Shown here one piece after another: positions 48,513-57,933 of a stretch of DNA of 64,000 bases. Made by a program: the position numbers and the translations under genes. The stretch is taken from the NCBI GenBank assembly GCA_965232515.1, contig CBDDPY010000002.1, positions 544,001 through 608,000 of the forward strand. The letters are read 5' to 3'. Each line of letters opens with the position of its first letter. Position 1 is the first letter of the stretch. This stretch comes from Alphaproteobacteria bacterium. GTDB lineage: Bacteria; Pseudomonadota; Alphaproteobacteria; GCA-2731375. The notes beneath the pieces are model-generated. The model was not told the DNA's origin. It saw nothing but the letters and a program-made list of their open reading frames with translations, and made no database searches.

Positions 48513-48542
48513 AAAAAAATGCGCCCCCGAAAGGGGGCGCAT
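48513..48542 (-). terminator. Intrinsic terminator (probably bidirectional)
   Basis: A run then atgcgccccc-gaaa-gggggcgcat between convergent genes. Confidence 0.85.
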
Positions 48543-48567
48543 AAATGACGACATCAGAACCGAACGA

Positions 48568-49065
48568 TCAGTTCGGGATCAGCACCTTGTCGATCACGTG
48601 GATCACGCCGTTCGACGCTTCAACGTCGACCGCCACGACCTGGGCGTCGTTGATCATCACGGCCTTCATGGCATCGACTTTCAAGGACTGACCCTGGACC
48701 GTTTCGGCCGACAGGCTCTTGCCGGCGATATCGGTCGACATCACCTTCCCCGGCACCACGTGGTAAGTCAGGATTGCGACGAGCTTGTCCTTGTTCTCGG
48801 GCTTCAGCAGGTCCTCGACGGTACCCGCCGGGAGCGCCGCGAAGGCTTCGTCTGTGGGCGCGAAGACCGTGAACGGACCATCGCCCTTCAAGGTCTCGAC
48901 CAGGCCGGCCGACTTCACGGCGGCGACCAGCGTTTCGAACTGACCGGCCGAGACGGCGGTGTCGACGATATCCTTGGAATGGCCGCCGGCGTGGGCTGCC
49001 GCGCCGGTGAAAACGAGCGGCAGCGCAATCAGCGCGGCCTTGACGATACCAAACATTTGACGCAT
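48568..49065 (-). CDS. Fasciclin (FAS1) domain protein
   Basis: [38 protein letters not shown]; GGGAG RBS. Confidence 0.95.
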   Translation of the reverse strand: MRQMFGIVKAALIALPLVFTGAAAHAGGHSKDIVDTAVSAGQFETLVAAVKSAGLVETLKGDGPFTVFAPTDEAFAALPAGTVEDLLKPENKDKLVAILTYHVVPGKVMSTDIAGKSLSAETVQGQSLKVDAMKAVMINDAQVVAVDVEASNGVIHVIDKVLIPN

Positions 49066-49196
49066 TAGATTCTCCCGTTGAGTGCTATCCACTTGACGAC
49101 AAGGCCCTGAGTTCGGTCGACGCCAATCAGTCGGACTCAGGGCCAAGTTTTTTCATCTCGTCGCTGCATTGAACGCCAATGCAGGATCGACCTTTA

Positions 49197-49222
49197 TACG
49201 CAGCACGTCGCAGACAGGATCA
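49197..49222 (-). promoter_or_regulatory. Putative ECF sigma promoter TGATCC-N16-CGTA upstream of the fasciclin gene
   Basis: Minus strand TGATCC (49222-49217), 16 nt, CGTA (49200-49197). Confidence 0.55.
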
Positions 49223-49291
49223 TTCGGACCTCGCCGCCGCGTGTGGCAAAGTTTGGACAGAGCCGCGTGTGATCGAAGCAAGGGCAGCAAA

Positions 49292-50197
49292 ATGACCGAT
49301 GACGGCATCGTCGATCCGCATCAGCACTTCTGGGATCTCGGGCAGAACTATTATCCCTGGCTGAAAGACCGTGCGGTCGCGGGCTTTCGCTACGGCGACT
49401 ACAGCGCCATCAAGCGCGACTATCTGCCGGATGATTTTCGCCGCGATGCCGCCACCCAGCACGTGGTTAAGACGGTGCATGTCGAAGCCGAGTGGGACCC
49501 GCGCGATCCGGTCGGCGAGACGCGCTGGCTGCAGAAATTAGCAAACACGCATGGACTGCCGACGGCGGCCGTCGGCCAGGCCTGGTTCGGCCGGGATGAC
49601 ATTGCCGACGTTCTTGCAGGTCATGCGGAATACCCGATCATCCGCAGCATTCGTCAGAAACCAGCCGCCGCGCCGTCAGCCGACAAGGTCGAGAAGGGTG
49701 CGCCGGGTTCCATGGGCGATCCAAGATGGCGCGAGGGCTACGCGCTGTTGGCCGACTTCGGGTTGTCCTACGACCTGCAGACCCCGTGGTGGCATTTGTA
49801 CGAGGCCGCTGACCTCGCCACGGCCTATCCGGACACCAGGATCATTCTGAACCATACCGGCCTGCCGGCCGACCGTAGCGCCGAGGGATTGGCCGGTTGG
49901 CATGCGGCGATGGCGGCGCTGGCGAAAGCATCCAACGTGGTGGTGAAGATTTCGGGCCTCGGTCAGCCCGGCCAACCCTGGACGGCCGACGGCAACCGCC
50001 GGGTCGTACGTGAGACGATTGAGCTGTTCGGCACTGATCGCTGCATGTTCGCCAGCAACTATCCGGTCGACAGTCTGGTCGCCGGCTACGACACGATCTT
50101 CGACGGCTTCAAGGCCATTGTCGCCGACCTGCCGGCGGCGGATCGGCGCAAGCTGTTTCACGACAATGCGGTCCGCTACTACCGGCTCGATGCCTAA
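49292..50197 (+). CDS. Amidohydrolase family 2 (lactonase-like) protein
   Basis: VDPHQHFWD, KTVHVEA, ILNHTGLP, VKISG, MFASNYPVD, LFHDNA. Confidence 0.9.
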   Translation: MTDDGIVDPHQHFWDLGQNYYPWLKDRAVAGFRYGDYSAIKRDYLPDDFRRDAATQHVVKTVHVEAEWDPRDPVGETRWLQKLANTHGLPTAAVGQAWFGRDDIADVLAGHAEYPIIRSIRQKPAAAPSADKVEKGAPGSMGDPRWREGYALLADFGLSYDLQTPWWHLYEAADLATAYPDTRIILNHTGLPADRSAEGLAGWHAAMAALAKASNVVVKISGLGQPGQPWTADGNRRVVRETIELFGTDRCMFASNYPVDSLVAGYDTIFDGFKAIVADLPAADRRKLFHDNAVRYYRLDA

Positions 50198-51078
50198 ACG
50201 GGCTCGCTGTCGTAAAGTTTAAGCACGGCGATTCCGTCGAGTTCGCCATAGCCGCGGGCGATCAGCAGCCGGAAGAGCATGGCCGCCTGGCTGGACATCG
50301 GTGTCGGTGACTTCGTCTTGCCGGCCAGATCCTGGACCATCTCCAGATCTTTCAGCACCTGGCGGGCGTAGCCTGCCGGCGCATAGTCCCTGGCGACCAT
50401 GCGCGGCCAGATGGCTTTCAGCATGTTGCTGTCAGCGTGGCCACCGGCAAGACAGTCCGGCACCTTGGCCGTATCGATGCCCGCATTCTCGGCCAACCGC
50501 ACCGCCTCGGCCAGGACGGCATAGTTGTTCAGCACCAGCACCTGATTGATCATCTTGGTGACCTGGCCGGCGCCGACCGGTCCCATATGCGTTGGCCGCC
50601 CGAGTTGCCGCAGCACCGGTTCGACGGCCGCTACCGCCGCCTCATCGCCGCCGACCATGATCGCCAGCGTGCCGGCGGCAGAGGCCGGCGGACCGCCGGA
50701 TACCGGCGCGTCGACCCAGGCCATGCCGTTGGCGGCGGCCAGGCGTTCCGCCATCTCCCGCGTCGCCTCGGTGACCGTGGTCGAGTGATCGACCAGCACC
50801 TTGCCCGCCGCGGGCGTCGTCGCGATGCCGTCGTCGCCGAACACGACCTGCTCGACGGCCGCCGTGCTGGTGACGCAGACCAGGACGATATCGGCGGCCT
50901 CGACAAGCACCGCCGGTGATGCCGCCAATCGGACACCGGCTTTTTCGGCGGCGGCGAGCTTCTCCGGGACGATGTCATAACCGATGACATCATGGCCGCA
51001 TTCCATGAGCCGGCCGGTCATCGCCGCGCCCATCAGTCCCAGTCCGACAAAGCCGATTGTTTGCTGTTCCGTGGTCAT
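50194..51078 (-). CDS. 3-hydroxyisobutyrate dehydrogenase / tartronate semialdehyde reductase family
   Basis: GFVGLGLMG, VDHST, DAPVSGG, GTLAIMVGG, GAGQVTKMINQ. Confidence 0.92.
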   Translation of the reverse strand: MTTEQQTIGFVGLGLMGAAMTGRLMECGHDVIGYDIVPEKLAAAEKAGVRLAASPAVLVEAADIVLVCVTSTAAVEQVVFGDDGIATTPAAGKVLVDHSTTVTEATREMAERLAAANGMAWVDAPVSGGPPASAAGTLAIMVGGDEAAVAAVEPVLRQLGRPTHMGPVGAGQVTKMINQVLVLNNYAVLAEAVRLAENAGIDTAKVPDCLAGGHADSNMLKAIWPRMVARDYAPAGYARQVLKDLEMVQDLAGKTKSPTPMSSQAAMLFRLLIARGYGELDGIAVLKLYDSEPV

Positions 51079-51166
51079 GCCCGCCTCTCGGTTGATTGCG
51101 CGGTGCAGCATGCGCCGCCGGCTGTGATACGGTCAATTCAGCTTTACTTATCGGCGGAGTTTCCAG

Positions 51167-52000
51167 GTGACGGACAACAAGGATCTCGCAAGCGGGGTGC
51201 ATACGGACTTCGAAACATCCATGAGCTATGGCGATTACCTGCGGCTGCCGGACCTATTGGCCTGCCAGTCGCCGCTGTCGGACAAGCACGACGAGATGCT
51301 GTTCATCATCATCCACCAGTCGACCGAGCTGTGGATGAAGCTGGCGATTCACGAGCTGCGCGCGGCCGTCGAGAACATCCGCGCCGATCAGCTGGGGCCC
51401 GCCTTCAAGATGCTGGCGCGCGTGTCCCGGGTGCAGGCGCAACTGATCCAGTCCTGGGATGCGCTTTCGACCCTGACGCCCGCCGACTATCTGGCGTTTC
51501 GCGATCTGCTGGGCCATTCGTCGGGCTTCCAGTCGCACCAGTACAGGACGATCGAGTTCCTGCTGGGCAACAAGAACCCGGGCATGCTGGCGCCGCATCG
51601 GCACACGCCGGATGTCCATCAGGCCCTGGAGGACACGCTGAAGGCGCCCAGCGTCTATGACGAGGCCATCATGCTGCTGGCGCGGCGGGGCTTTGTGATC
51701 GACCCCTCGCAGACGGCGCGCGACTGGTCGAAGACCCGCACATCGGAAGCCTCGGTCGCCGCGGCCTGGACGGCGGTTTATCGGGATACCGAACGATACT
51801 GGGATCTTTATGAACTGGCGGAAGAACTGGTCGATCTGGAGGATTCGTTCCAGCAGTGGCGCTTCCGGCATATGACGACCGTCGAGCGGATCATCGGACA
51901 CCGTCAGGGCACCGGCGGCACGGCCGGGGTATCCTATCTGCGCCGGGCTCTGGAGATTCGTTTCTTCCCGGAGCTGTGGGACATCAGGACGTCGCTCTAA
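51167..52000 (+). CDS. kynA: Tryptophan 2,3-dioxygenase
   Basis: [65 protein letters not shown]. Confidence 0.96.
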   Translation: MTDNKDLASGVHTDFETSMSYGDYLRLPDLLACQSPLSDKHDEMLFIIIHQSTELWMKLAIHELRAAVENIRADQLGPAFKMLARVSRVQAQLIQSWDALSTLTPADYLAFRDLLGHSSGFQSHQYRTIEFLLGNKNPGMLAPHRHTPDVHQALEDTLKAPSVYDEAIMLLARRGFVIDPSQTARDWSKTRTSEASVAAAWTAVYRDTERYWDLYELAEELVDLEDSFQQWRFRHMTTVERIIGHRQGTGGTAGVSYLRRALEIRFFPELWDIRTSL

Positions 52001-52122
52001 ACAGGCAATTTGCCGAAAACTGTGTTAGTTTCCCCGCCAACAACGCCGGGAAAACCCGGCGAGACAGCAGCAGCGCGACCAGAATGGTTAAGACGCTGAG
52101 CAGGGACAGGCATTTGTAACCG

Positions 52123-52389
52123 ATGTTGTTCTTTACCTTCTGGATCGTGGCGTTCGCCGCGTTTCTTTCCGTCGATGTGCTTCTTCGTCGTGATGACAGG
52201 ACGAACGAAGTAATTTCAATGGCTTGTGCTGCGATCTTTGCATTGATTGTGACGTTTTGCCTGTTCCTGGTATCGACGGTCATCCCAGTCTTCATGCCGG
52301 TGACGAAGTTCTATCTGATCGCCTTCGTCGCCGCCGTCTCGGCGCGGCCTCTGGGCGTGATCCTGACGCGCGCCCGTCACGCAAGATAA
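52123..52389 (+). CDS. Small hydrophobic hypothetical protein
   Basis: 88-aa ORF with about three hydrophobic segments; no motif recognised. Confidence 0.5.
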   Translation: MLFFTFWIVAFAAFLSVDVLLRRDDRTNEVISMACAAIFALIVTFCLFLVSTVIPVFMPVTKFYLIAFVAAVSARPLGVILTRARHAR

Positions 52390-52561
52390 ACGGCGACCGC
52401 ATGGCGGCCGCCGTCGATCCTTTCTTCCGATTAGGCCGTGGACTCATAATCTCGTAGCCAGAGCCGGATCGCAGCAGGCTTGACGAATGCAAGAATGTTG
52501 GCAGCGTGTCTCCCGTATCGCGTTGCGATGCGCCGACAGTGCCGAGAGAGGAGACTGGCAT

Positions 52562-52957
52562 ATGCTGGAAGGAACGTGCCACTGCGGTGAAGTTGGCTGG
52601 ACACTCGAAGCATTGCCAAAGTCGGCCACGGCCTGCAATTGCACAATTTGCCGGCGCTACGGCGCCCTGTGGGCCTACGGGTACATTGGCTATGACATCC
52701 AAACGACCGGGCAAACAAGTGCATATGTGCGTCGCGATAGCGGGGATATCTATTTCCACTTCTGCGCAATTTGCGGGTGTGTGACGCACTACGTTGCAAG
52801 TACCGAGGATGAAAACGGGCGCAATCGGGCTGCCGTAAATGTACGGATGTCTGACCTTTCACCGATCAGCGAGCTTCCAATCCGTCACTTTGACGGACAC
52901 GATAGCTTTAAAGAACTTCCGCGTGACGGCCGGACGGTAAAGGACATGTGGTTTTGA
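52562..52957 (+). CDS. GFA/CENP-V family Zn-binding protein
   Basis: GTCHCG, CNCTICRRYGALWAY, FHFCAICG, AVNVRM; GGAG RBS. Confidence 0.92.
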   Translation: MLEGTCHCGEVGWTLEALPKSATACNCTICRRYGALWAYGYIGYDIQTTGQTSAYVRRDSGDIYFHFCAICGCVTHYVASTEDENGRNRAAVNVRMSDLSPISELPIRHFDGHDSFKELPRDGRTVKDMWF

Positions 52958-53123
52958 AGCGTTTCCAGAAAGCCGACTTTAACGTGTCGTAGATCAACGG
53001 CAGCGCCGTCCCGCATAGCCGACCTGCGCGGCCGATGGATCGGTTTCTGAGGTTCTACCGAAATCGGTCATCGGCACTTCACTGTTTATGAGCACACGCC
53101 CTAGTACGGGCTGTCGCCGAGCT

Positions 53124-53513
53124 CTAGATCGCCATATACGTTACCGGTGGGGTTGGCGGCGACGTTGTCGTCCGGGCGCGCACCTTCGGCAGGGCGAACA
53201 TAAGATGGTCCAGCAGTGTATCCGTCGCGAGGCCGTCGATGGGCAGGCCGGCGTCCCGCTGATAGGTCTCGATGGCGCGCACGGTTCGTGGCCCGATCAT
53301 GCCATCGGCCGGTCCGACATCGTAGCCGCGATCGCCCAGTTCTTTCTGGATGGCCCGGGCATAGGCCTTTCCCATCTCCGGCGGCATGACCTGAACGCTG
53401 CTGCCCAGCGGCGGCAGGCTGTTGCCGCCGGCGAAGGCTATCTTGCTGGCAAAGACGCCCAGTAGAACGACCGCCACGATAGCCAGGATTTTCTGATCGA
53501 GCGTGGTTAACAT
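53124..53513 (-). CDS. Peptidoglycan-binding domain protein
   Basis: IQKELGDRGYDVGPADGMIGPRTVRAIETYQRDAGLPIDG; GGGAGG RBS. Confidence 0.88.
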   Translation of the reverse strand: MLTTLDQKILAIVAVVLLGVFASKIAFAGGNSLPPLGSSVQVMPPEMGKAYARAIQKELGDRGYDVGPADGMIGPRTVRAIETYQRDAGLPIDGLATDTLLDHLMFALPKVRARTTTSPPTPPVTYMAI

Positions 53514-53552
53514 GCCCGTGCCTCCCGATACGAAGCCAACACGTGTCTGGCG

Positions 53553-54029
53553 TCAGCCGGTGATCCGCCAGCTGCCGTCCGGCTGCCGGCAGGCTTCGCC
53601 GTAGCCCTCCTGGGCGCGGCCGCCGACGTAAATCGTGTGCTGGTATTCACGGCAGTACTCGCCGTGGTCGCTGCGGTAGGTGCGTAGCGGCGTCACCGTG
53701 CCGTAATTTTCGGTATCGGGATTGCGCCAGCTGGTCTGGCCGCCCGTCGGCGCGTGTTCCAATGCGTCTTGTTCGGCGCGGGTTGCATAGATCCGGTCGG
53801 CGCGGTCGAGGCTGCGGCCAACCGAGCTGCCGATCAGGGCGCCCAGCAGCGTGCCCGCCGCCGTGGCGGCTAGCTGGCCCCGGCCGCTGCCGAACTGGGC
53901 CCCGGCCACGGCGCCGCCAACGCCACCCAGCAGGGTCCCGATCGACTGCTTGGGGGCTGAATGATGGTATCCGCAGGCGCCAAGCGACAGCGCCAGCGTG
54001 AGCAAAATAGCGGCTCGAATGAAGGTCAT
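53553..54029 (-). CDS. 17-kDa surface antigen-like lipoprotein (glycine zipper, RT0821/Lpp0805 type)
   Basis: Lipobox LGAC; GTLLGGVGGAVAG zipper; WRNPD, CREYQ, ACRQPDGSW. Confidence 0.92.
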   Translation of the reverse strand: MTFIRAAILLTLALSLGACGYHHSAPKQSIGTLLGGVGGAVAGAQFGSGRGQLAATAAGTLLGALIGSSVGRSLDRADRIYATRAEQDALEHAPTGGQTSWRNPDTENYGTVTPLRTYRSDHGEYCREYQHTIYVGGRAQEGYGEACRQPDGSWRITG

Positions 54030-54076
54030 AACAAATCCTCGCGTTCGCACGCGGCCCCTGGCCGCCCAATATCGAA

Positions 54077-54131
54077 AAGCTATCAGGATGGCGCTGAAAC
54101 CGACCTGAACGCGCCGTTCATCGAGCGTTCA
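54077..54131 (-). promoter_or_regulatory. TGAA-N7-TGAA-N7-TTCA-N7-TTCA response-regulator site with -10-like TAGCTT
   Basis: TGAA 54095, 54106; TTCA 54117, 54128; on minus strand last TTCA + 12 nt + TAGCTT. Confidence 0.7.
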
Positions 54132-54163
54132 GGTTGAGGTGAGGAATTCCGGGCCTTCGAGGA

Positions 54164-55507
54164 TCAGCTTTCGACGGCGCGCGGCAGGCGAAGTACCGCC
54201 CGCAGACCGCCAATGTCGGAATCGGCAAGGGTCAGGCCGCCGCCATACATGCCGGCGACGTCCCGGACGATTGCGAGGCCGAATCCAGAGCCGGGCACGG
54301 TCTCGTCGAGCCGGGTGCCGCGCTCCAGGACGCGGCTGCGCTGCTCGGGCGGCAATCCCGGACCATCGTCGTCGATGGTGAAGGACAGGCTGTCGCCCTC
54401 CGGCACGGCGTTAATGACCACGCGCGACCTGGCCCATTTACAGGCGTTGTCGACGAGGTTGCCGATCATCTCCTCCAGATCCTGGTGCTCACCGCGGATG
54501 GCGAGGCCGTCCGCACACGTGACCGCGATGTCGATGCCACGGTCGGCGTGAATGCGGGACAGCGTGCGGGTGATGTCGGCGACGACAGGCGCCACCTCGG
54601 TACGCACGCCGAGCACGTTGCGCATGGCCGCCGCGCGGGCCCGGGTCAGATGATGGTCGATCTGCTGCCGCATGCCGACGGTCTGCCGGCGTACGACGTC
54701 GGCGAGCGCGCCGTCGCCGCGCGCCGCCTCGTTCGCCAATACGGTCAGCGGCGTCTTGAGCCCGTGCGCCAGATCGGCGACGTGTCCGCGGGCGCGCTCG
54801 ACCACTTCGGCATTGTGGGCCAGCAGCCCGTTCAGCTCGTTGGCGAGCGGCCGGATCTCCGCCGGGAAGCGACCCTCCAGGCGGCCGGCCCGCCCGGCAC
54901 GGATGTCCGACAGCGTGGCGCCGATCCGCCTGAGCGGCAGCAAGCCGTAACGGACTTGAATGATCATGGCGACGATGAGACCGAAGCCCAACAGGCCGAG
55001 CGAGAGCGCCAGCGTCTGATTGAAGGCCTGAATGTCGGCCGCGACCTCGCGGGCGTCGCCGGCGACCGCGAAGAGATAGCGCTGTTCGGCGCCGGGCAAT
55101 TCGATGTCGCGGGCGATCAGGCGCAACGGTTGGGCGTCGGGCCCCGTGGTATCGATCTTGCGGATACCGTCGGCATCGGGCTCCGCCGCGATCTCGAGTG
55201 TCTGATCCCAGAGCGAACGCGAACGCATCGCCGACTCGGGGCCGGCGTTGATCTGCCAATACCAGCCGGAATAGGGCTGGTCGAAGCGGGTCTCGCCGAG
55301 GCCGCGGCTGAATGTCAGGCTACCGCTGTCGTCGACCTCCGCGGCCGCGACCAGGCTTTCCAGCAGCACCAACAGGCGTTCGTCGAAGTTGCGCTCGACA
55401 TACTGGCGAAACAGCAGGGACAGAGTCAGGCCGCCAACGGCGAGCGCCACGACGCTCCAGACTGCAGCGCCGGCGACCAGCCGAAAGGCGAGGGAATCAT
55501 GCTTCAT
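54164..55507 (-). CDS. Sensor histidine kinase (FeuQ/PhoQ-like)
   Basis: Two TM segments, PYSGWYWQI, RSRSLWD, LAHGLKTPL, GNLVDNACKW, DDDGPG, GSGFGL. Confidence 0.93.
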   Translation of the reverse strand: MKHDSLAFRLVAGAAVWSVVALAVGGLTLSLLFRQYVERNFDERLLVLLESLVAAAEVDDSGSLTFSRGLGETRFDQPYSGWYWQINAGPESAMRSRSLWDQTLEIAAEPDADGIRKIDTTGPDAQPLRLIARDIELPGAEQRYLFAVAGDAREVAADIQAFNQTLALSLGLLGFGLIVAMIIQVRYGLLPLRRIGATLSDIRAGRAGRLEGRFPAEIRPLANELNGLLAHNAEVVERARGHVADLAHGLKTPLTVLANEAARGDGALADVVRRQTVGMRQQIDHHLTRARAAAMRNVLGVRTEVAPVVADITRTLSRIHADRGIDIAVTCADGLAIRGEHQDLEEMIGNLVDNACKWARSRVVINAVPEGDSLSFTIDDDGPGLPPEQRSRVLERGTRLDETVPGSGFGLAIVRDVAGMYGGGLTLADSDIGGLRAVLRLPRAVES

Positions 55508-56168
55508 CGGCGCCGTCTGTCAGACGGTAGCCGAGGCCGCGCACGGTCTTGATGAGGTCCAATCCCAGCTTCTTGCGCAGCCGACCGACGAAGACTTCGA
55601 TGGTGTTGGAATCGCGGTCGAAGTTCTGGTCGTAGAGATGCTCGACGAGCTCCGTGCGCGAGACCACGCGGTCCTGGTGGTGCATCAGATAGGCGAGCAG
55701 TCTGTACTCGAGCGCCGTCAGCTTCACGGGGTTGCCGTCGACGGTGACGCGCGAAGCGCGGGTATCGACCCGCAGGTCGCCGCAGACCAGTTCGTTGGTG
55801 GCGTGGCCGGCGGCGCGTCGGACGAGGGCCCGCAGCCGCGCCAGCACTTCTTCGATATGGAACGGCTTGGTGACGTAGTCGTCGGCGCCGGCGTCGATGC
55901 CGGCGACCTTCTCGTTCCAGCGATCGCGGGCCGTGAGGATCAGCACCGGCATATCCCGGCCGGCCTGACGCCAGCGTTCGAGCACGGAGAGCCCATCCAT
56001 CTTCGGCAGGCCGAGATCGAGCACCACCGCATCGTAGGGCTCGGTGTCGCCAAGGAAGTGGCCTTCCTCGCCGTCGTTGGCGACATCGACCGCATAGCCG
56101 GCCTCGTCGAGCGCGGTCGATAATTGCCGGGCGAGATCGGGTTCGTCTTCGATCAACAGAACACGCAT
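55497..56168 (-). CDS. OmpR-family response regulator (FeuP/PhoP-like)
   Basis: LLIEDE, VLDLGLP, LTAR, GADDYVTKPF, SNTIEVFVGRLRKK, TVRGLGY. Confidence 0.95.
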   Translation of the reverse strand: MRVLLIEDEPDLARQLSTALDEAGYAVDVANDGEEGHFLGDTEPYDAVVLDLGLPKMDGLSVLERWRQAGRDMPVLILTARDRWNEKVAGIDAGADDYVTKPFHIEEVLARLRALVRRAAGHATNELVCGDLRVDTRASRVTVDGNPVKLTALEYRLLAYLMHHQDRVVSRTELVEHLYDQNFDRDSNTIEVFVGRLRKKLGLDLIKTVRGLGYRLTDGADEA

Positions 56169-56182
56169 GACGATCCCTCCTG

Positions 56183-56470
56183 TTAACGTGCCCGCAGGAT
56201 CCGGCCGCTGCGGGCATCGACGATCACGACCCGTACCTTGCCGCCGCGGTCGAGGATCTTGATGCGGTAGACCCAGTTGTTGCCCTGCCGGCTCAGCTGG
56301 GTGTCGAGGAGGCGGCCGGGATAGCGCGAGCGCACCGGTCCCAGAACCTCGCCCAAAGGCCGCACCTGGCCGGAGCGTACGGCGTCGCGGGCGCGGTCAT
56401 GATCCTGCGCGACCGCCGGCCCAGCCAGGGTCAAGAACAGGACACACAGAGCGGCGGCTAATCTCGACAT
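56183..56470 (-). CDS. PepSY domain protein
   Basis: Signal peptide; DHDRARDAVRSGQVRPL, YPGRLL, VYRIKIL, VDARSGRIL. Confidence 0.88.
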   Translation of the reverse strand: MSRLAAALCVLFLTLAGPAVAQDHDRARDAVRSGQVRPLGEVLGPVRSRYPGRLLDTQLSRQGNNWVYRIKILDRGGKVRVVIVDARSGRILRAR

Positions 56471-56477
56471 CTGTGGC

Positions 56478-56550
56478 TTTTTAGTGAATTGAAGCTGAAT
56501 AGGGAATGAACGTCGCACTCAGCTTGGGTTCAAGTGGGTAGCGGCAGGAT
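56478..56550. promoter_or_regulatory. Divergent promoter with 11-bp-spaced TGAA/TTCA boxes
   Basis: TGAA 56485, 56496, 56507; CTCA 56518; TTCA 56529; -10-like hexamers 12 nt beyond a box in both directions. Confidence 0.7.
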
Positions 56551-56594
56551 GGGCGGCGACTCGACAAGACGTCGCGTTGCTAGGAGGAGATCCG

Positions 56595-57068
56595 ATGAAG
56601 AAGCTCATTCTGCTGGCCGTCACGGCGGTCTTCCTGTCGACGGCGGGTGCGGCCCTGGCGGACGGCCATCGGCACAAACATAAGCACGGCTATCACGATT
56701 CGCATCACGGCAAGTACGAGAAGCACCATCACAAGCGGTATGCGAAGCGCCACTGGAAGAAGCACTGGAAGAAGAAGCACTGGAAAAAGCATCGGCGGCA
56801 TCATCACCGGCCGCACTACACATTCCGCTTTCACTGGCCGCATTACGGATACGGCCATCGGAAATGGCGTCATCATCACGCCTACCGTCCGCTGCCGATC
56901 CCGCGCGTGCTGCACCATCTGCGCCGGCACCACTACTACGGCTTCGATCGCGTGCGGCTGCGCGACGGCCACTACAGGGTCCATGCCTATGACCGCCATC
57001 GCCGACCGGTACGGCTGATCGTCGATGCTTATACCGGCATCATCATCGCCCGGCATGGCCGCTATTAG
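56595..57068 (+). CDS. Secreted His/Lys/Arg-rich protein with PepSY-like C-terminus
   Basis: AGGAGG RBS, signal peptide, about 30 His, HWKK x3, C-terminal RLIVDAYTGIII. Confidence 0.85.
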   Translation: MKKLILLAVTAVFLSTAGAALADGHRHKHKHGYHDSHHGKYEKHHHKRYAKRHWKKHWKKKHWKKHRRHHHRPHYTFRFHWPHYGYGHRKWRHHHAYRPLPIPRVLHHLRRHHYYGFDRVRLRDGHYRVHAYDRHRRPVRLIVDAYTGIIIARHGRY

Positions 57069-57093
57069 GGCCGCAGACCTTGTTGCTGAGGAT

Positions 57094-57134
57094 GCGCCTG
57101 CCGACGGTCGCCATTCGCCACCGTCGGCAGGCGC
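57094..57134. terminator. Strong hairpin between convergent genes
   Basis: 15-bp stem gcgcctgccgacggt / accgtcggcaggcgc; no clear U tract. Confidence 0.55.
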
Positions 57135-57140
57135 CGGCAG

Positions 57141-57809
57141 TCAGGAACTCGCGGATCGAAGCTGGGTCGTCTTTTCACGCAGCAGCGCGGTTAGAGCGGG
57201 CAGGCCCTGCCGGCTGATGACCGACGCGAATTCCGACCGCTTGGCGACCAGCAGACTGACCCCCTCGACCGTGACGTCGATGATCTTGAGATCGCCCCCG
57301 ACACTTCGGTGAACGATAAAGCCCAATTCGGTGGCCGCGCCCGTATCGCCGCGAAGCTGCGCGGACACCAGGCTGGTCTTTTCGGCGACCGGCTTTTCCG
57401 CGGTGACGACGAAATCTTGACCGGCATAGTCCGCGAACTTCGCGGCATACAGACTGACGACGTAGTCACTGAAGGCGGCCTCGTAGTCCTCGGCCTCGGA
57501 TCCGTTGAGCTTCCGAGCGTGCCGGCCGAGTGCGGCGCGGGCAATGAACGGTACGTCGAAGCTGTCGGCAAACAGCGTTTCGAACTGCGAAATGCTCGTT
57601 TCCCGTTTGCCGCCGGAGGTTTGCAGAACGGTGATAACCTGCTCTCCGAGCTTTTCGATAAACGATGATCCACCCTGCACGGCGCCCCAGGTTGGGTTGC
57701 CAGACGTCAGCCAGACCAGGAGTCCTGCAATCAGGATCGTCAGGGTAAACTGTTTGTTGCTATTGGCGTTTCCGACTGTTTGAGAGTTCAAGATGACCCC
57801 TTTCAACAC
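57141..57809 (-). CDS. mlaC: MlaC/Ttg2D phospholipid-binding protein
   Basis: FDVPFIARAALGR, KIIDVTVEGVSL...RSEF; start uncertain. Confidence 0.85.
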   Translation of the reverse strand: MLKGVILNSQTVGNANSNKQFTLTILIAGLLVWLTSGNPTWGAVQGGSSFIEKLGEQVITVLQTSGGKRETSISQFETLFADSFDVPFIARAALGRHARKLNGSEAEDYEAAFSDYVVSLYAAKFADYAGQDFVVTAEKPVAEKTSLVSAQLRGDTGAATELGFIVHRSVGGDLKIIDVTVEGVSLLVAKRSEFASVISRQGLPALTALLREKTTQLRSASS

Positions 57810-57933
57810 GTCAACAATACGATCGGTGAAGGCGGTTCCGATGTAAGGATCGGCTGGCGATTTTCGTGTGTCGAAGACGTGTCGATTAGGTGGCCGACTG
57901 TCACAGGCGCGATGCGAATGCGGGAGGAAAGCA

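Noticed and set aside
33244-52000. Cyclase plus kynA as a kynurenine pathway operon
   Set aside because: They are about 17 kb apart, no kynureninase is present, and the cyclase has QxSxQxD rather than the HxGTHxD motif of KynB.
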